Positions 62,496 through 64,000 of a stretch of 64,000 nt of DNA are shown here, piece by piece. A model generated the notes under the pieces. The model was not told the origin of the DNA and ran no database searches. It was given only the letters and a program-made list of their open reading frames with translations. The stretch's first letter is position 1; each line of letters starts with the position of its first letter. This stretch comes from an uncultured Verrucomicrobiae bacterium. Its GTDB lineage: Bacteria > Verrucomicrobiota > Verrucomicrobiia > Limisphaerales > Palsa-1400. The position numbers were made by a program, and so were the translations under genes. Location: contig CAVPOM010000005.1 in assembly GCA_963707025.1 (NCBI GenBank), positions 544,001-608,000 of the forward strand, in the 5' to 3' direction.

Positions 62496-63946
62496 CACAG
62501 CCATCCCACAGGAAATTGGAAAAAAGTGTTGGCTTGACCATTTGAACCTGCCACAAGGCAGGCATGAAAAACAAAAAAATCAAACCGACACGGTCCCGGT
62601 TTAACGTTTTGCGCCAGATTTGCAATCTCATTCCTGCGCATGAAGTCTCCAAAATAGCGCGGGAGACCGGGGCTCTGGATAAGTCGCGCACCTTCAGTCC
62701 GTGGAGTCACACGGTCAGTTTGCTGGACGCGCAACTCACCCATTGCATCGGACTCAACGATCTGTGCGACTCGCTGCAATTGCATTCCGGGCCGCTGTCC
62801 ACTTTGCGCGGCGCCAGCGCCCCCAGCCGCAACGGCCTCTCCCACGCCAACCGGGAGCGTCCGGCCCAGATGGCCGAACAACTCTTCTGGCGGGTCCTGG
62901 AGCATTTGAAAGCACAGACGCCCGGCTTTGCCGCGGGCCAGCGCCGTGGCCCCGCCTTCCGTTTCAAGATGCCCATCCATGTGATTGATAGCACGACCAT
63001 GGAACTGGTGGCCAACTGCCTGGACTGGGCCAAGCACCGCCGGCGCAAGGCCGCCGCCAAAACCCATATGCGGTTGAATCTGCAGAATCTTTTGCCCGGT
63101 TTTGTCATTGTGGACACTGCCGCCGAGCACGACAACCGACGGGCGCGGGAACTGTGCGCCGACTTGAAGAGCGGCGAAATCGCCTTGTTCGACAAGGGTT
63201 ATGTGGACTTCGGCCACTTGCGGGATTTGGACGGGCGCGGGGTCTTTTGGGTGACGCGGGCCAAGGAGAACATGGGCTATGAGGTGGTGCGGAAAATGCC
63301 CGCCTCCAGAGACCCGAAGATTTTGCGCGACGAAGTGATCGTCCTGAGCAACGAGAACAAACCCGCGCCGGAGTTGATGCGCCGGGTGGTGGCGCTGGTC
63401 GAGATTGATGGAGAGGAACGGGAAATGACCTTCCTGACCAACAACCTGGAGTGGAGTCCGCGCAGCGTGGCCGACCTTTACCGCTGCCGCTGGCAGATCG
63501 AAGTCTTCTTCAAACAAATCAAGCAGACCTTGCAGTTGGCGGATTTTCTGGGCCACAACGCCAACGCCGTGCGCTGGCAGGTGTGGACGGCGCTGTTGAC
63601 CTACGTGCTGTTGCGCTACCTCAGTCACCTCTCCAACTGGGCGCACAGCTTCACCCGGCTGTTCACGATTTTGCGGGCGGCGCTCTGGGAGAAATATGAT
63701 CTGCTCAATTTGCTGGCGTGCTATGGGACAGCAGGCGGCAGCTTTCGCCACTTGGCGCGGCCCGAGCAGGCGTATTTCCCCGGCTTCCAATAAAGCTATG
63801 GGACAGCACACGCGCCCAAACAGGCGCATACCAAACCCAAAAGCCAAACTCGGAAAAATCAAAATCTCATTTTACCCCGAAGACCAATTAAACCCTTGCA
63901 AATGAACAGGTCAGCACCAGACTTTTCCCCTTATGAGACGGGTGTG
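62496..63946 (+). mobile_element. IS4-family insertion sequence, copy 2 (1451 bp, intact)
   Basis: Same ends as copy 1; 9-bp target duplication AAAATGAAC at 62487-62495 and 63947-63955. Confidence 0.95.
62564..63793 (+). CDS. IS4-family DDE transposase
   Basis: 409 aa; IDST, FDKGY and YRCRWQIEVFFK. Confidence 0.95.
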   Translation: MKNKKIKPTRSRFNVLRQICNLIPAHEVSKIARETGALDKSRTFSPWSHTVSLLDAQLTHCIGLNDLCDSLQLHSGPLSTLRGASAPSRNGLSHANRERPAQMAEQLFWRVLEHLKAQTPGFAAGQRRGPAFRFKMPIHVIDSTTMELVANCLDWAKHRRRKAAAKTHMRLNLQNLLPGFVIVDTAAEHDNRRARELCADLKSGEIALFDKGYVDFGHLRDLDGRGVFWVTRAKENMGYEVVRKMPASRDPKILRDEVIVLSNENKPAPELMRRVVALVEIDGEEREMTFLTNNLEWSPRSVADLYRCRWQIEVFFKQIKQTLQLADFLGHNANAVRWQVWTALLTYVLLRYLSHLSNWAHSFTRLFTILRAALWEKYDLLNLLACYGTAGGSFRHLARPEQAYFPGFQ

Positions 63947-64000
63947 AAAATGAACAAATACTGACATAACTATGAAAAAATCTGCAATCCAGAAGCTCGT

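Noticed and set aside
15879..63946. Composite transposon bounded by the two IS4 copies
   Set aside because: Each copy has its own matching target duplication, so they inserted independently.
63972..64000. Start of the next CDS (MKKSAIQKL)
   Set aside because: Too short to call.

Overview
GC-rich bacterial DNA, most likely a Verrucomicrobiota (Pedosphaera-like) genome; the taxonomy is inferred from gene style only. Several single-base indels split otherwise intact genes and look like long-read errors. (1) 1-12.6 kb, the most unusual part: two tandem minus-strand operons with duplicated promoters. They encode four signal-peptide-bearing, phage-tailspike-like fibre proteins that share a 'QGTAFxYQG' N-terminal domain, differ in the middle (17-aa NTAxG repeats or a 7-blade FG-GAP propeller) and end in either of two unrelated self-cleaving chaperones (G2/phi29-gp12 type or S74). 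They are interleaved with a small 'YSIGWYKISGGG' partner (one intact, one pseudogene), an S53 protease and a Kelch-like protein. No capsid, terminase or sheath genes are present. (2) 12.8-39 kb: Tat oxidoreductases, an IS4, GH51, REP-containing MITE-like elements, a GntR-ROK-PMI-GH38 mannoside operon running into a putative Zn ABC system with a permease-ZnuA fusion, a sugar porter, two CE12 esterases and an AGE-MFS-nagA-nagB cluster. (3) 39.5-43.9 kb: tRNA-Ser(CGA) flanked by an integrase remnant and att-like arms, gene fragments, and a sigma54-driven small ORF. (4) 44-64 kb: a hemicellulose side-chain glycosidase cluster (GH39, two GH29, GH95, GH51, GH3, malectin lipoprotein, GH31) and a second copy of the IS4.
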